Source: Planctomycetota bacterium
GTDB taxonomy: Bacteria > Planctomycetota > UBA1135 > UBA2386
Length of the DNA stretch: 64,000 bases
NCBI GenBank assembly: GCA_046290465.1
Contig: JBKAGP010000001.1
Coordinates: 992,001 to 1,056,000, forward strand
Direction of reading: 5' to 3'
Shown here piece by piece: positions 1 to 8,554 of the stretch. Positions within the stretch are counted from its first letter, which is position 1. The number at the start of each line of letters is the position of its first letter. Made by a program: the position numbers and the translations under genes. Below the pieces are notes generated by a model that was not told where the DNA came from, searched no databases, and saw only the letters and a list, made by a program, of their open reading frames with translations.

Positions 1-389
1 TGCATGACCCGCTCGCCCCGAACCGTCGACAGGATGATGTCGATCGACTGGTTGACGTCGGCAACGCCACTTGCGAGCTTGACTGACGAGAAGGCCTCGG
101 TCGAATCCCCCTGCCTCAGGATGACCTGCAGGGATTCCCTCGCCTGCTCGCGCATTCGGTGTTCGTACGCCACATCGGGTTCGAGGATCCGTTCCTGCGG
201 AGTACGTTGCGGCTCACGACCCACCGCCTCGAGCGCTGCGCGGTCCGCCTCGATCTGCTTCGTGTCCTGGATCGACCACCGAACGGGAAACTGCCAGCCC
301 GTGCCGAGGTGCGCACGATCGTCGAGCAGCAAGCCGGTGGGCTGCTCCGGCCTGCTGACGGGACCCGCGTGCCGGGACGAGATCGTCAT
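1..389 (-). CDS. eCIS baseplate gp25-like protein (Afp9/Pvc9-like), 3' end off the window edge
   Basis: Not in the ORF track. My translation from ATG 389 gives MTISSRHAG...HLGTGWQFPVRW...VKLASGVADVNQSIDIILSTVRGERVM, containing the 'LGxGWxFP' and 'DxxQSIxIILSTxxGERVM' gp25 motifs. AAGGGAG RBS upstream; follows the VgrG-like gene. Confidence 0.85.
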   Translation of the reverse strand, partial: MTISSRHAGPVSRPEQPTGLLLDDRAHLGTGWQFPVRWSIQDTKQIEADRAALEAVGREPQRTPQERILEPDVAYEHRMREQARESLQVILRQGDSTEAFSSVKLASGVADVNQSIDIILSTVRGERVM

Positions 390-422
390 CGTTAGTCTTG
401 CTCCCTTAGTTAGGCGTGGTCA

Positions 423-2213
423 TCAGTTCAGCTTGATCATCGGTGCCGACGCCGACAACTCGCCTTCGCCACTGATCGAGACCATCCCCCCGCTCATCGA
501 GAGTTCCGACTCTCCCTGCACGGTCACCGATCCCGCACTCAGCTTGGCCTCGGACTCTCCCTGCACCGTGACCGACTGCGCCGACAACTTGATGCTCCCG
601 CTCGCTGCCTCGATGGAGATGTTGGCGCCCGCGGCAGCCGTCAGCGAGATGCCGTCGCTGCTCATCTTGACGCTGTTCCCGGTCTTGTCCTGCAGCTCGA
701 TGCTCTCCGATCCGGAAGTGTCATCGAGCAACACCTGCTGACCGGCATTCGTCTGCACGAGCACCTGCGGGGCATCGTCCGAGTCATCCAGTACCAGCTT
801 GTGCCCCGTCTTGCTCACCAGGGAGCGCTTGCTGTTGTTTTCGGCATCGTAGGTGTCCGGCGGCGCATCGACGCCATTCCAGAACGCACCGATGACCACC
901 GGGAAACGCGGGTCGTCGTCGAGGAACGCTACCGCAACCTCGTCGCCGGGCTCCGGCACGTAGACGAAGCCCCGATCCGGTCCCCCCGCCGGAGTTGCCA
1001 GCCTTGCCCATACCGGCTTCGGATCCCCGGCCATCCACGGGAAGCTGATCTGCACCCGCGCCTGCTTCTTGTCCGAGTCCTCGAACGACTCGACCTTGCC
1101 GATCACCGGACCGGCCATGGGCGGCATCCGGTTGCTCGATCGGGCCCTTGCGACGAGCGGGTCCGGCGGGCGGCCAACCTCCACCATCGACCGGTACCGG
1201 CCCGGCCGGTAGACATGGCGACACCGGGTGATGTAGTAGTCGCCATCGTAGCTCGTTCCGACGCCGGTAACGCTGAGCACGTTGTCGATTCGCAAGGCGG
1301 GATTGCCCAAGCACTCGGCTACCCCGTGGTAGGCGTTGAGGCTGCGAGCATCGACGATCGCCTGCGACAGGCTGGTCACCTCGGACTGGCTCAGCGCTCC
1401 CGAGTCGGCGTGCTCGACCTGCCACGCATCCGTGAGTCCTGCATTCGACAACATCGTGCTCGTTGTCGAACGACTGCCCGTCGAGAAGCTGGCGCCCGAT
1501 GCGGACGTCTGCCCCGTAACGGCCGCCTTGGTCTCGGGATCCCACGCGCGAGCCGTCGCCTGTGCGACGGCATTGCGCAGATCCTCGCTCAAGTCCAGCG
1601 AGATGATGTCCAGGCCCCAGCGCAGCGCGGCCACGGCTTCGCTGGAGGCATTCGGTGCCTGAAAACTGAGCTTGCCCTGCCGAACGTACAACGGAAAGCC
1701 GAGGCTGCGCGAACGCTCCAGGATGTACTGCCAGTCGGACGTGCGGTATTGCGTGAGAATCGGCAGCGACTCCCCATCGGATCCCGACGCGCCAAAACCG
1801 GCCTGCTGACAGATCTCGCTGACGACCGAGTAGTCCGACTGCTCGGTCCACAACCTGGTTCGCGGGATCCCGTGCAGGCGAATCCCGTCGCACCGGCACT
1901 CGACCTCCAGAGTCGGCACGGACGTCGCCTCGAATCGCGAACGCAGGGCCACGATCAACCCGGTGAAGACCTCCTGTGTCTTGGTGCCGTAGCCCAGTTC
2001 GATCGTCACCGGCATGCCCACCGCCAGGCTGCTGCCTCCCTCTCCCTCGGCCAGTTGCGTCTCGCCCTTGTCCGGGTCCCAGTTCCGCACCACGATCGTC
2101 GCACAGCAAGTGCGCGCCAGTTCCTCGACGACCTCCACGGAGACCAGGTCCTCGACCAACCCTGGCGGGATCCGGGATCCGTCGATCCGGATGTTGCACG
2201 CTGGTTCGGCCAT
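423..2213 (-). CDS. eCIS spike/hub protein (VgrG/Afp8-like; gp27-gp5 fusion)
   Basis: Phage late control D-like N-terminus ('QYRTSDWQYI', 'YDGDYYITRCRH'), gp5 OB-fold ('ARVQISFPW..WARLATP.GG.DRG.VYVPEPGDEVAVAF..DD.RFPVVIG') and C-terminal beta-helix repeats (SVTVQGESE x2). Confidence 0.92.
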   Translation of the reverse strand: MAEPACNIRIDGSRIPPGLVEDLVSVEVVEELARTCCATIVVRNWDPDKGETQLAEGEGGSSLAVGMPVTIELGYGTKTQEVFTGLIVALRSRFEATSVPTLEVECRCDGIRLHGIPRTRLWTEQSDYSVVSEICQQAGFGASGSDGESLPILTQYRTSDWQYILERSRSLGFPLYVRQGKLSFQAPNASSEAVAALRWGLDIISLDLSEDLRNAVAQATARAWDPETKAAVTGQTSASGASFSTGSRSTTSTMLSNAGLTDAWQVEHADSGALSQSEVTSLSQAIVDARSLNAYHGVAECLGNPALRIDNVLSVTGVGTSYDGDYYITRCRHVYRPGRYRSMVEVGRPPDPLVARARSSNRMPPMAGPVIGKVESFEDSDKKQARVQISFPWMAGDPKPVWARLATPAGGPDRGFVYVPEPGDEVAVAFLDDDPRFPVVIGAFWNGVDAPPDTYDAENNSKRSLVSKTGHKLVLDDSDDAPQVLVQTNAGQQVLLDDTSGSESIELQDKTGNSVKMSSDGISLTAAAGANISIEAASGSIKLSAQSVTVQGESEAKLSAGSVTVQGESELSMSGGMVSISGEGELSASAPMIKLN

Positions 2214-2214
2214 T

Positions 2215-2889
2215 TCAGGTCCTCAAGCGGGGTAGGGACAACGTCGTGCCCGGCCGCAACCTGCGCAGGGTCGGCAGGTAGTTGTGGGCCGCCAGCCGCG
2301 CGACATATTCTACGTCGCCGTACTTCTCGTAGGCGATGCGGTCCAGTCGATCCGATCGCACGATCGGCATGGCGCGGAACACATCCGGCGAGCTTCTCTT
2401 CGCGGTAGCCTCGCGCTCGGCCTTGCTCAAGACCTGCTCGAACTGCGCCTGCACCTTCGCTCGCAACGGCAGGCCGGATCGATTGAACAGCACGAACTGC
2501 GCGGTGGCGTTGGCCAGTACCCCCTTGAAGCTCAGTTGCCCCCAACCGACCTTCACGAACGGCGGCATGTGCGAGTCCCCGTGGTACTGCATCAGCTTCA
2601 TGAACTTCTGGACCCGCGGCATGACCGATCCGGCTTCGCCCTGCACGCCGGACCCATCGAACAAGAAGCTCATGCTCAGACGGTCGTTCTCGCCGGACGC
2701 GTAGTCCGTCTGGGGCCGAATCTGGTCGGAACTCTTGAGACTCGAGTAGGAGTTGGAGCGCGTGAGCGTGTAGTCGGACGGGTTGAACTCGGCGACGAAC
2801 GTCAGGTCCGACAATTGGTCGGCCTTGGCGAACGTGTCCTTCTCGTAAGCCTGGATCTTGACGTAGTTGAGCTTCTTCTGCTTGGCCAC
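2215..2889 (-). CDS. eCIS tube initiator protein with LysM-like C-terminus (Afp7-like)
   Basis: 'FNPSDYTLTRSN', 'PPFVKVGWG.LSFKGVL', 'LFNRSG.PLRAKV', and LysM-like 'DRLDRIAYEKYGD...LAAHN...LRPGTTL.LP'. GTG start at 2889 chosen just after the upstream stop. Confidence 0.85.
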   Translation of the reverse strand: MAKQKKLNYVKIQAYEKDTFAKADQLSDLTFVAEFNPSDYTLTRSNSYSSLKSSDQIRPQTDYASGENDRLSMSFLFDGSGVQGEAGSVMPRVQKFMKLMQYHGDSHMPPFVKVGWGQLSFKGVLANATAQFVLFNRSGLPLRAKVQAQFEQVLSKAEREATAKRSSPDVFRAMPIVRSDRLDRIAYEKYGDVEYVARLAAHNYLPTLRRLRPGTTLSLPRLRT

Positions 2890-2891
2890 TG

Positions 2892-3071
2892 CTAGTCGCT
2901 CCATTCGCGTCGCAAGCGTTCGATGACCAGCGCGCAAACGCGCTCGATCAGCCGCTCCTCTTCATCCGCGGTCGGTCTCGGCGAGGCCACACGGCGGTCC
3001 TCCGGGTCACCCGGGCCGCGGTCGCGGCTGCCGGCAACCTCGGTGACGACTTCTCCGATTCGAAACGTCAC
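2892..3071 (-). CDS. small eCIS-associated protein (DUF5908-like), 59 aa
   Basis: GTG overlaps the tube-gene stop (GTGA). MTFRIGEVVTEV...EERLIERVCALVIERLRREWSD matches the pattern and position of the small protein found between tube and initiator genes. Confidence 0.65.
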   Translation of the reverse strand: MTFRIGEVVTEVAGSRDRGPGDPEDRRVASPRPTADEEERLIERVCALVIERLRREWSD

Positions 3072-3511
3072 CCGCACACCTTGATCGCGAGTCCCTGGTG
3101 AGCCAGCTCGAGCGATTCGTAGGCCAGAGCTGCCTGCGTCGCGTTCAACGAAGGCCCGGTCCACTTCAGCGGGTAGGCGCGAGTCACGTTCCAACTGACC
3201 GCAGCCGTGCCTCCTGGCTTCACCAGCAGGCTGATCTGCACGTCCTTCGGAGTGACCTTGCCGGAGTCCGACAAGGACCCGACCCAGCTGAACAGCTCCT
3301 TGTCGGCGCTGAGGCCACGCTTCAGCACCACCGAGGAGTGGCTGACCTGGGTCGGCAATTGCCAGACGAAGCCGAGGTTCCCCCCTTCGCGGTATGCCTC
3401 GGCACCGACCTGGACATCCAGACCCTGGCACTCGCTGAACACACCCAGGCTCTTACCGGCAGCGGAGACCTCGAAGCATATTCCAACCAGCGGTATCGAC
3501 GTAGACGTCAC
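3068..3511 (-). CDS. eCIS tail tube protein 2 (T4 gp19-like, Afp5-like)
   Basis: 'FSECQGL...YREGGN..FVWQLP..VSHSSVVLKRG', 'WNVTRAYPLKWTGPSLNA', 'YESLELAH'. Confidence 0.92.
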   Translation of the reverse strand: MTSTSIPLVGICFEVSAAGKSLGVFSECQGLDVQVGAEAYREGGNLGFVWQLPTQVSHSSVVLKRGLSADKELFSWVGSLSDSGKVTPKDVQISLLVKPGGTAAVSWNVTRAYPLKWTGPSLNATQAALAYESLELAHQGLAIKVCG

Positions 3512-3527
3512 GACAAGGCCTCACAGG

Positions 3528-3977
3528 TCAGCTGTTCTTGACGGTCAGCCCTTCGTGGCAGAACTCGATGGACTCGATCGCTACATCGTTGCCCTTGGCG
3601 TTGAGTGACGGACCTTCGACCTTCACCGGCCAGGCGCGCACCATGGTCCAGGTGACCGTGGCCGTGCCGGCCTCGTTCAGGAGCTTGACCGTCACGGTGC
3701 GCTGCTTGTGCTTGCCCTGTTGGTTGAGCGTCCACCAGCTGAACAGGTCGTTGTCCTTCGCGAGGATGCCGCGCTTCATGGTCACGTTCGAGTACTTCAT
3801 CAGCCCCGGTAGCTTCCGGGTCGTCAGCGTCTTCTCGGCGCCGCCGCGGTACTCGATCATGTCCGTCTCGATGTTGAGGCCGTTGACCTCTGCGAACATC
3901 GCCTTACCCGAGCCGGAGCCACCGAAGTCGACTTCGAAGCGGACCTGGGTCAGCGGATAGAGGGGGGTGTCTGCCAT
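3528..3977 (-). CDS. eCIS major tail tube protein (T4 gp19-like, Afp1-like)
   Basis: 'FAEVNGL..ETDMIEYR.G', 'KLPGLMKYSNVTMKRG', 'W..VRAWPVKVEGPSLNAKGNDVAIESIEFCHEG'. Confidence 0.95.
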   Translation of the reverse strand: MADTPLYPLTQVRFEVDFGGSGSGKAMFAEVNGLNIETDMIEYRGGAEKTLTTRKLPGLMKYSNVTMKRGILAKDNDLFSWWTLNQQGKHKQRTVTVKLLNEAGTATVTWTMVRAWPVKVEGPSLNAKGNDVAIESIEFCHEGLTVKNS

Positions 3978-4001
3978 TGCTGTACTCGTTGGGGTTTGGG
4001 G

Positions 4002-6275
4002 TTAGCTGCCGGAAGCGGCGGTCTGCACGAGCTGACTGATCGTGAACACCACGAACTCGGCAGGCCGCACCGGTGCGATCGAGATCTCCACCTTCAGCAG
4101 GCCCGCATCGACATCCTGCATCGTCATGGTCTGGGGCACCCCACACTGGACCCGGAAGGCCTCAGCTTCACTGGTGCCCATGAGTCCACCTTCCTGCCAA
4201 AACTCGCGCAGGAACGACTCGACGGTCAACGTGATCGAGGTCCACGTCTTGTGGTCGTTGGACTCGAACACGGCAGCCATCATCTGCTGCTTCAGCGTGC
4301 GCTCGACGTAGAGGAAGATTCGGCGCACGTTGACGTACTGCCACATCACCTCGCGTGACGTGGTGCGAGCCCCCCAGATCAGAATGCCATAGCCGGGGAA
4401 CGTACGGATCGGGTTCACCCCCGCCGGATTGAGCACGTCGTTCTGCTCGTCCGTGAAGGAGTATTGCAGGTCGATCGGCCCGAGCAGGGGCATGTTGGCG
4501 GGCGCCTTCCAGACGCCGTCGGCAGCGTCTGACTTGTTGTAGGCCCCGATGATCAAGCCGGACGGCGGCACCAGCTTGGTGCGGCTGTGGGCGGTTGCGT
4601 CGAGGTTCGCGGTCGTGACCCAGGGGGCGTAGATCGCCACGTAGGACGAACGGTACTTGTCCGCGAACTGCTTGAGCCGACTGGCCTCGGCGGTCATGCC
4701 GGCGGCATCGCTCCGGACCAGCTCCGGATTCATCGGTGGCGGGTCGATGACGACCATGCATCGGTGCGCCTCGGCGTAGGCTTGCGCGCTCTGATAGATG
4801 GTCTGGTAGGTGGACTCGGGCGTCGAATCGGCTCGCGGGTAGGCATCCGGGCACGCGATGATCGACACCTCGGGATAGCCCTTGAGCAGGTCGAAGAACT
4901 TGCTGTAGTCCGTCGGTGGCGGCTGCTTGTCCGATCCCTTGGCCTCGTCGGCATGATCGGCTCCCTGCGGACTGTGCAACGGGATCTCGGTGTATTCCCC
5001 GGCCTTGACCGGAGGCAGCACGTACTTCCCTTGTTCACCGAATCCGATCGGCTTCTTGATGCTGCTGTCGAACTTCGCCAGCGTGACATAGCTAGACATG
5101 CCGTTGACGATGTCGTCACGCAGGTAGTAGCGGGGATCCTCGGGGTTGGTCGACAGCCCCGAGAACTTCTCCAGCGTCTGCGCCGTCGGCGGATCTCCGG
5201 GAGCGCGGCCCGGGACGATCTGCTGCACGGTCAGGTCGAAGTGCAGGCTCATGCCGGGCGGCAGCTGCACCGGTGAGGTCAGCGTCGACGAGCAGTCCTC
5301 GGCCATTTCGAACCCCTTCAGGGGAAAGCCCTCGCCGTTGCGCTGGGTGATGAAGAAGGCCTTCGCCTCCTTCGACCAGTTCGCGCGCAACGGCATCGGG
5401 TTGCCGGTGTCGTCCTCCAGCAGGAAGGTGAGCGACGTCCGGAAGTCCCAGCCCTCGACCAGCTCCTCGACCTTCTCGCCGGGGATCTCGAGATTCGACG
5501 GATCAAGCCGGTTGTCCGGATTGAAGATCACCGGCACGATGACGGGCTTGTCCTTGTTGAGCGGATTGGGAATGACGATCTCGCCCTGCTCCTGTTCACG
5601 CGGGATCGAGCCACCCGCAAATCCGCCGTTCTTCCACGCCATCTTGACGCCGTTCAGATCGAGTTCGACGCCCGGCTGCGTATCGAGGATTCCGGCTTCC
5701 GGCACGCCCAGGTTGCCAGCCGGCTGCAGCTCATCGAGTGTGATCGCCTTGGCCGGCTTGGCGGCGTCCTTCTTGATCTTGACGTCCTTGGTCGTGTGCA
5801 ACGGCGGCAGCCCGGAATCGTCCGCCTTCTCACACAGGATCTTGATGCGGTTGCCCCAGGTTCCCGGAGAGATCGCCTTGACCAGGAACTGCACGAACGT
5901 CGGGTTGCCCTCGGTGACGGCCGGTCGCAGCTCGTCGCTGATCGCCACGTAGTCCGCGACATCCTGAATCCAGTTGACCGGCCACATGGCCGTATCCCCT
6001 TCGTTGACGCGGCATACGTAACAGACGTTGCCTCCGTTCATGAAGAAGCCGTGGACCGCGTCCGCCAGGTATTGGTTGGGGAACACGGCCGAATTGGCCT
6101 TCTTGCCGAACACGGAATAGAACTCGTTGAGGCTCGCCAGACGCGTCGGCTTGGCACTCGGGCCCTGGTCCGTGAAGCCAAAGAAGCACGGAATGCCCGT
6201 CGGCGCTCCGGTCAAGACGATCGGGACGGTGTCGTCCTCGACGACATAGACCCCGGGGGTTTGGTACGTGGTCAT
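4002..6275 (-). CDS. contractile tail sheath protein (757 aa, large central insertion)
   Basis: Starts MTTYQTPGVYVVE (ATGA overlap with the upstream gene). Motifs 'AVHGFFMNGGNVCYVCRV', 'A.SPGTWGN', 'YAPW', 'PPSG', 'GVWKAPAN', 'LNPAGVNPIR.FPG.G..IWGART', 'YVNVRR', 'APVRPAEFVV'. Confidence 0.95.
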   Translation of the reverse strand: MTTYQTPGVYVVEDDTVPIVLTGAPTGIPCFFGFTDQGPSAKPTRLASLNEFYSVFGKKANSAVFPNQYLADAVHGFFMNGGNVCYVCRVNEGDTAMWPVNWIQDVADYVAISDELRPAVTEGNPTFVQFLVKAISPGTWGNRIKILCEKADDSGLPPLHTTKDVKIKKDAAKPAKAITLDELQPAGNLGVPEAGILDTQPGVELDLNGVKMAWKNGGFAGGSIPREQEQGEIVIPNPLNKDKPVIVPVIFNPDNRLDPSNLEIPGEKVEELVEGWDFRTSLTFLLEDDTGNPMPLRANWSKEAKAFFITQRNGEGFPLKGFEMAEDCSSTLTSPVQLPPGMSLHFDLTVQQIVPGRAPGDPPTAQTLEKFSGLSTNPEDPRYYLRDDIVNGMSSYVTLAKFDSSIKKPIGFGEQGKYVLPPVKAGEYTEIPLHSPQGADHADEAKGSDKQPPPTDYSKFFDLLKGYPEVSIIACPDAYPRADSTPESTYQTIYQSAQAYAEAHRCMVVIDPPPMNPELVRSDAAGMTAEASRLKQFADKYRSSYVAIYAPWVTTANLDATAHSRTKLVPPSGLIIGAYNKSDAADGVWKAPANMPLLGPIDLQYSFTDEQNDVLNPAGVNPIRTFPGYGILIWGARTTSREVMWQYVNVRRIFLYVERTLKQQMMAAVFESNDHKTWTSITLTVESFLREFWQEGGLMGTSEAEAFRVQCGVPQTMTMQDVDAGLLKVEISIAPVRPAEFVVFTISQLVQTAASGS

Positions 6276-6988
6276 TGCGATCTCCTGTCTGATGCCTGCG
6301 CGTCGTGCAACACGACTCTCTTCCTGGTAATCGGGTTGGTGTAGTCGATCTCCCGCACACCGCCGGGTTCGACGGGATCGCCGTCGACGAAGACCTGGTA
6401 GCGCGCGAACCGCCGGTCCCACTGTCGCCAACCGGATCGATACCATCCAGGGCGAGCATCGGGTTGCTGTCGCGAGGTCTCGAACAGCTCGATCCGCGCG
6501 GTCGCCGCGTCCTGCCCGGCCGCATCGGCGGGGCGCACCGACACCCGGTGCCCCGCTGCCGGCGCGCCGTGCTCGTCGATCAGTTTCAGCTCGAGCTGCA
6601 GAGCCGCCGGCGGCACCGCGATCTGCAGGTACCGAACCCGGGGCAGCCCCCCCTCGCCAAGCGAAACAGCCGGCAACCGGATGCGTCGCTTGGCGGGAGT
6701 TCCTGCCGGCGAGGTGTCGTCGAGACGAACGACCACGTCGACCCGCGGATCTTCCGCGGTGGCCACGAGCCAGTCCCGCGACGCATCGCGGGGATCGAAC
6801 CCTGGCCGGACGAGCACCAGCAGCCGCCCACCTCGCACCGTGGTCTGCCAGCCGGGCCATGACGGCCGCTCCATCTGCCAGCCGATACCCGACAGGACGT
6901 GACCAGTGACCTGGTGCACCAGGGAGACCACGAATGCAGTCGCCGCTCCGTCCGACGTGGCGGAACCCGTCGCTGCTCGAGGGATCAC
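6272..6988 (-). CDS. eCIS accessory protein, possibly carboxypeptidase-regulatory-like beta-sandwich
   Basis: GTG start overlaps the DUF4255 stop, with GGAGG upstream; its stop overlaps the sheath ATG. 'LIDEHGAPAAGHRVSV' resembles that domain. Position between DUF4255 and the sheath is typical of eCIS loci. Confidence 0.6.
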   Translation of the reverse strand: MIPRAATGSATSDGAATAFVVSLVHQVTGHVLSGIGWQMERPSWPGWQTTVRGGRLLVLVRPGFDPRDASRDWLVATAEDPRVDVVVRLDDTSPAGTPAKRRIRLPAVSLGEGGLPRVRYLQIAVPPAALQLELKLIDEHGAPAAGHRVSVRPADAAGQDAATARIELFETSRQQPDARPGWYRSGWRQWDRRFARYQVFVDGDPVEPGGVREIDYTNPITRKRVVLHDAQASDRRSQ

Positions 6989-7587
6989 CGGGAAGCCTCC
7001 CCCAGCCCGGCGCGCGACCCGGGGGCTGCCATCGCCGATGCCGTGACGGCGCCGGCGACGGGCGCCAGCTCTGCCGGTACCCGCGCTGCCCCGACCGTCA
7101 GGTACACGGCCAGGCGCGCTCCGGAACCGACACCCGACCACAGATGGCCGATGTTGTCCGTCGTCGGCTCCTCGAGCCGTATCCGCAGGTGCTCGGGCAG
7201 GGAGCCATCCGCGAGTTCTGCGTGCCAGTCCTTCGGGTCGAGGTAGCTGGTCGATGCAAAGACGGGCTCCGAATGCACGACTCGCAGGGCATGACTCAGC
7301 GACGTCAACGCGACCATGTGTGACGCCGAGAAGGTCGTCACCACATAGTGCAGATCGAGCGGCAGGGGCGTCGCTGCTCGTCGGCCACGTCCGTCAGCAC
7401 TCGCGACCGAGTTGCGCAAGAACCGGTCGATCTCGATGCGATACAGACTGACGACCAGCTTGTCTCCGGACGCGGCAGCCTTGTCGAGCGACGCAGCCAC
7501 GACCCATTCATCGTCGCCCATGCCGGGAGGCGGTGGCACGTTCGCCTGCAGGAACGCTCTCAGGGACTCGGTGGCGGCATCAAGCAT
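6985..7587 (-). CDS. eCIS cap/terminator protein (DUF4255, Pvc16/Afp16-like)
   Basis: 'ATESLRAFL', 'VSLYRIEIDRFLRN', 'PLPLDLHYVVT', 'IGHLWSGVG...RLAVY'. First gene of the structural operon. Confidence 0.85.
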   Translation of the reverse strand: MLDAATESLRAFLQANVPPPPGMGDDEWVVAASLDKAAASGDKLVVSLYRIEIDRFLRNSVASADGRGRRAATPLPLDLHYVVTTFSASHMVALTSLSHALRVVHSEPVFASTSYLDPKDWHAELADGSLPEHLRIRLEEPTTDNIGHLWSGVGSGARLAVYLTVGAARVPAELAPVAGAVTASAMAAPGSRAGLGEASR

Positions 7588-7664
7588 GGGCTGGTGCTCG
7601 GAACACCGCCCGTCATAGAGGAGGCCGAAGCGAGCAATCCACGCGCGCCCCCATCACAGACTCC

Positions 7665-7742
7665 CTGCAACCCGGGTTGCAGCGACACCATCGCAATCCT
7701 GCGACGATACGTATGCACTCTGCCTCTCGAACGCCGTTCGAG
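7665..7742. promoter_or_regulatory. palindromes in the divergent eCIS control region
   Basis: Perfect 18-bp palindrome CTGCAACCCGGGTTGCAG (7665-7682) and CTCGAACG-C-CGTTCGAG (7726-7742). A TTGACT hexamer lies at 7765-7770. Confidence 0.45.
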
Positions 7743-7819
7743 GGTATGCGAGGAAAAGCCACTCTTGACTCGGCCATCCGTTCTGGTACGAATCCGGCAG
7801 GGAGAGCCAGGAGGAGAAG

Positions 7820-8554
7820 ATGAGCGATCACCATTCGCAGCCGTCTGCAGACCCGCCGAGGACCGGCAGAGCCCTCCTGGGTGTCGAGCGCCGTGAAAGC
7901 GTCGTGCGGGCACTCCGCAGCGTCGCCGACGCACACGACCTCGCGACCGACGTCGGGCGAGGTGTCTGGGAGTTCGCGGTGCCGCTCGAACGGCTGGTTG
8001 CGAGCGGTACGTCAGAGAGTGAATTGCGCTGGCTCGCCTGCCGGCGCCTGATCCAGTCCGCGCAAGATACGTCGACGTACCTGGAGACGGGCCGGTCCCT
8101 TCAGGAGCACGAGAGCCTGCGGTTCGATCACCACACGTGCTTCGTGATCACGGCAGCGGGCATGGAGTTGCTGATGGACATGGACGAGCAGCCGCCGTTG
8201 GCTCCCTCGCTCACACGGACGCCCGTCCAACTCAACGACGTGGTCGATGAGGCCATCGTCGTGCCGAACTGGGACCCCTACCTGCGGCAACTGTCGTTCG
8301 CCGGAAAACTGGTCAAGCAGTTCCGGGTCCCCGCCGAGAACCAGGAAGTGATCCTCGGCACGTTCGCCGACGATGGCTGGGTGCGACGGATCGACGACCC
8401 GCTGCCCCACCTGCCGGGGCACGACCCGAAGCGTCGGCTGCAGTCCGCGATCATGTGCCTCAATCGCAACCAGATGACCCGCGCGATCCGCTTTCGCGGC
8501 GACGGCAGCGCGCAGGGGATCATCTGGGAGCCGGTCGCCGGACGTTCCGCTTGA
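7820..8554 (+). CDS. hypothetical protein, possible transcriptional regulator (C-terminal winged-helix-like region)
   Basis: Strong AGGAGG RBS. The C-terminus 'PNWDPYLRQLSFAGKLVKQFRVPAENQEVIL...RLQSAIMCLNR...IRFRGDG..QGIIW' recalls the OmpR-type effector layout; function is inferred. Confidence 0.55.
   Translation: MSDHHSQPSADPPRTGRALLGVERRESVVRALRSVADAHDLATDVGRGVWEFAVPLERLVASGTSESELRWLACRRLIQSAQDTSTYLETGRSLQEHESLRFDHHTCFVITAAGMELLMDMDEQPPLAPSLTRTPVQLNDVVDEAIVVPNWDPYLRQLSFAGKLVKQFRVPAENQEVILGTFADDGWVRRIDDPLPHLPGHDPKRRLQSAIMCLNRNQMTRAIRFRGDGSAQGIIWEPVAGRSA

Noticed and set aside
4900..5830. Intein in the sheath insertion
   Set aside because: No Cys/Ser start with His-Asn end and no LAGLIDADG motif seen.
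1..7587. Prophage or T6SS interpretation of the tail genes
   Set aside because: No head, terminase or integrase genes and no TssJLM or split TssB/C in the window. DUF4255 and the Afp15-like ATPase indicate eCIS.
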